Assembly (NCBI GenBank): GCA_964036045.1
Contig: OZ038378.1
Location: forward strand, 22,444,001-22,508,000
DNA from: Eutreptiella sp. 'Long Island Sound 2002'
Lineage: Eukaryota > Protista > Euglenida
Direction of reading: 5' to 3'
DNA: 64,000 nt
Shown: one piece after another, positions 61,005 through 64,000 of the stretch
Layout of the letters: the number at the start of each line of letters is the position of its first letter
Position numbering within the stretch: the stretch's first letter is position 1
The notes under the pieces: model-generated
Seen by the model: only the letters and a program-made list of their open reading frames with translations
Databases searched by the model: none
What the model was told of the DNA's origin: nothing
Program-made: the position numbers and the translations under genes

Positions 61005-61939
61005 GTGGGCCCCCGTCCTTTGCGAAAGCGCTTCCAGGGGACCCCAGAGTTTGTGCACAGACACTCTGCAGCTGGAGGACAAGGCAGACAATCAGGAAGA
61101 CCAACTGCCCGAGGTTCAGCCGGGGACATGGGCGGCGGGGGCGACCAGGGAGAGGAAGGGTGTCATGGGAACCCCCAAGAACTGGGGAGGAGTGAGGTGG
61201 GGTGGTGTTGGGAAAAGGGCTCCAATGACAGGGACCATCATTTCCATTGGCGCCCAAGTCTCAGAAGCTAAATCACCTCGAAGAGAGGTTGTTAGATCAA
61301 GTGCAAGCGCACGTGTTGTATACCCCCCCTTTTTGGGGGTCGTTCGCGTAGCATACCCCAACGTATGGTTTCTGACGTCTAACCCCTTGTAAATTCATCA
61401 TTTTAGGACCAAAAATGATCCCCTGATGATGCTTTGGATTTTGACCCCTGTACCCCCCCGTATCTAGGTACCCGCTTTTTGGGCGGGGATGGGGTGGGGG
61501 GTCCTGAAGAACTTTTTTCTTGTATATGGACCCCCTAACCCCCCAGTCGGCGCCTCCCATAGGGCCCCTTGCCAGTGAGGACTTAAGCGTTTTCACGCTG
61601 GATAGGCCGTTTAGTGGCACGTGAAAATCACCTCGCAGAGGTTGTTAGATCAAAGCCAGGCAGGCGTATTTAGGGGAAAACGCCGCATACCCCCCCATTT
61701 TGGGCCTTTTTGGGCCTATTCGCGTACCCTACCCCATGTGGTTGAATGTTTTGCGCTACACTCAGGGGGGGGGGGCGAGAAAAAATTCCCCCTGGTAGGC
61801 GAAATTTCAACCCAGTAGGAGGGGGACAAGTGTCGCGGTTGGAAAAAAAAAACTCCCAAAATTTAAAATGTTCCCGGTTGGGTGGGGTTTTACGGGGACC
61901 GCTGTTGGGGTTGAAAAAATGCATGTTAGTGGCGCAAAG

Positions 61940-62930
61940 TTAATTATGCAGTTTTTCACCCTAGGCAACTCAAAAATCGAAGTTTGTGAAACTTTTTTTT
62001 TTTGATATTCTGATCACCTTAAATGACCATTCAAGGTATTTAGAGCATGTTTCATTCCGTATGTATGTGCTTTTCACCCTAGTTGGGTATTGGGCGTGCG
62101 CACGGGGGGGGGGGGGGGGGCTCCCAAGGGACTGGTACACAACCTGCTTATGCAGTTTTTCACCCTGGGCAGCTCAAAAATCGAACTTCCTGAAACTTAT
62201 TTTTTTGATACCGCGATCACCTAAAATGACCATCCAAGCATGTTTTACCCCGTATTTATGTAGTTTTTACCCTATTTTGGGTGTGTGTTGCTTGGGGTTG
62301 ATTCTTTGCGAGGTGGACTTGCCGAAGGCAATAGAATATGCTATGTAAAGCTTGTTCTAGCCCCTCTATATATGTTTTTCACCCTTTTTTGGTGTTGGGG
62401 GGGGGTCCCATCGGGGCTAGGGCACAACCTGCTTATGCAGTTTTCCAGCCTTAGTAGCTCAAAAATGGAAATTTCCGAAACTTATTTTTTTGATATTCCG
62501 ACCATCCATGATGATGAAATATCCCTATTTCAAGCATGGTTGCACCCCCTCTTTATGTGTTTTTCACGCTATTTGGGTGTTGGGGTGGGGGGGGCTCCCA
62601 GGAGGGCTGGGGCGCAACTTGCTCATGCACTTTTACAGCCTCAGCAGCTCAAAAATGCAAATTTCCGAAAGTGATTTTTTTGACACTATGACCATCCACA
62701 ATGATGAAATATCCTATTTAAAGTAGGTTTAAGCCCCTCTCTATGTGTTTCTCACCCTATTTGGGTGTGTGGGGGGGGTCCCAAGAGGGCTGGGGCACAA
62801 CCTGCTTATGCACTTTTACAGCCTCGGCAGCTCAAAAATGGAACTCTCCGAAACTGATTTTTTTGATACTCTAACCATCCAATATGATGGAATGTCCTAT
62901 TCAAAGCATATTTCAACCCCTCTTAATGTG
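61940..62930 (+). repeat. About 5 tandem degenerate units of ~190-280 bp
   Basis: atgca(g/c)tttt..gg/agcagctcaaaaat(c/g)gaa..ttttttga..gaccatcca recurs near 61945, 62150, 62435, 62625, 62805. Confidence 0.8.
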
Positions 62931-62999
62931 TGTTCCAGGCTCTTGTTGTGCACCTACAAGTGGTGAGGCTGTCTGAGCCGAGCCACAACCCCCATTTTT

Positions 63000-64000
63000 T
63001 TGCCCTGGGGGGCCCCTCGCGAAGGGGAGCTCCCCGTGCCGTAAGCCGCTACCTCTGCGGCTATGACGATCCCCGCGGCGGGTGGGTACTACTGGGGGGC
63101 AGCCGGGACGGCTGCTCTCCATATATGCAGCCGAACGGGGCATCCCGGGCAACGGTTCCGTGGCCTTCGTTCGCCCGGGTGTGGACCCTCCGGGCCTTCG
63201 GCGCCTCCGCACACCCGACTTGACTACTTCGACTACATTGATGACATGGACCAGGTCGATGACTCCGACATCAAGGACAACGCGGCGGTGGCACCATCGC
63301 CGGCACCGGGCTTCCGATCGGGAGCGTCAGGAAGCCCTGGACGCCCACTGGCATTCCCTGCCCCTCGCAACGGCGGCCGTTCCGGCGGCATTAGAGATGT
63401 TGGCGGCCGCGAACCGCCGCCAACGCCGCGCAGCAGCGGCCTTACACTGCAACGCCCCCAGGGTAGCGGCCGCACTAGCTGCCGAGTTCTCGGGCAGCCA
63501 GCAGGGGACATTTGGGGTGCCGCGGACTGGAGGGGGCGCGTCCCTCAGCACTTTGGCCCCACAGGCTCGGCTCGGCATGGAGTCATGGGCCGACCGCATG
63601 GACGCCAACGATGCGGCAGCAGAGACGGCCGTGGGGAGGGGCGGTGTCGCCCCCAGCCGCCCCGGGCTGGACATTGTTGACTTTTGGGGCGGCCATCGGG
63701 CAGCAAATGACGCCGTCGCCAGCGCTCCTAGGGCACCTGTGGCTGGAGGGGATGCCATCCCCCAGCCCCCGAGGCGCCGTCCTGAGTTTCTGGGGCAGCT
63801 GTCAGGCTGCAAGTGGCTTTGTTGGGGCGCCCGGGGCTGGAGGGGATGCATCCCCCAGCCCCCAGGGCGCCATCCGCGACACTTTCCGCAGCTATCGGGC
63901 TGCATGTGGTGCCGTTGCCGGCGCCTCTCGGGTGCTTGGGGTTGGAGGGGACACGTCCGCCACCCCCCCAAGGCGCCATCCTTGATATCTAGGGCAGCTG
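63000..64000 (+). mobile_element. GC-rich segment, probable end of an unidentified element in uridine kinase intron 2
   Basis: Abrupt GC/CpG rise; acidic open frame RLDYFDYIDDMDQVDDSDIKDN; ~95-bp repeats each containing ggctggaggggatgc(c)atcccccagcc. Confidence 0.35.

Noticed and set aside
63214-63290. Candidate uridine kinase exon 3
   Set aside because: Peptide does not resemble the expected G-x-x-V-x-I-P-x-Y-D-F segment, and no fitting acceptor was found.

Overview
Eukaryotic, transposon-saturated DNA, probably a protist. A euglenozoan/euglenid origin is an inference from pyrimidine-tract+AG sites just upstream of start codons, TTAGGG-like repeats, a type I PKS fragment and short exons in kb-long introns; it is not proven. 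Host genes: the first two exons of a uridine kinase (58183-58299, 60885-61004, GT-AG intron) and an intronless 335-aa membrane protein (36731-37738). Most of the rest is nested mobile DNA. A degenerate APE-RT-RNaseH-CCHC LINE (~5300-15507) is interrupted by a 3.2-kb foldback element and by a 0.86-kb insert carrying an intact orphan ORF. A second, L1/Tx1-like LINE (~42080-51520) has a cellular-type RNase HI after its zinc finger. The key observation is that this LINE's RT is split by a 6,906-bp hAT-type element (42405-49310; perfect 14-bp TIRs, perfect 8-bp TSD) with no recognisable transposase. It carries a polyketide-synthase ketosynthase exon, a 52-bp all-palindrome satellite whose loops occur in both orientations, and a 3.1-kb G-rich 10-bp satellite. 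A 775-bp element with the same architecture lies in the uridine kinase intron. No rRNA, tRNA or CRISPR array was recognised. Most ORF-track entries are repeat artefacts. Some frameshifts beside homopolymers could be sequencing errors.
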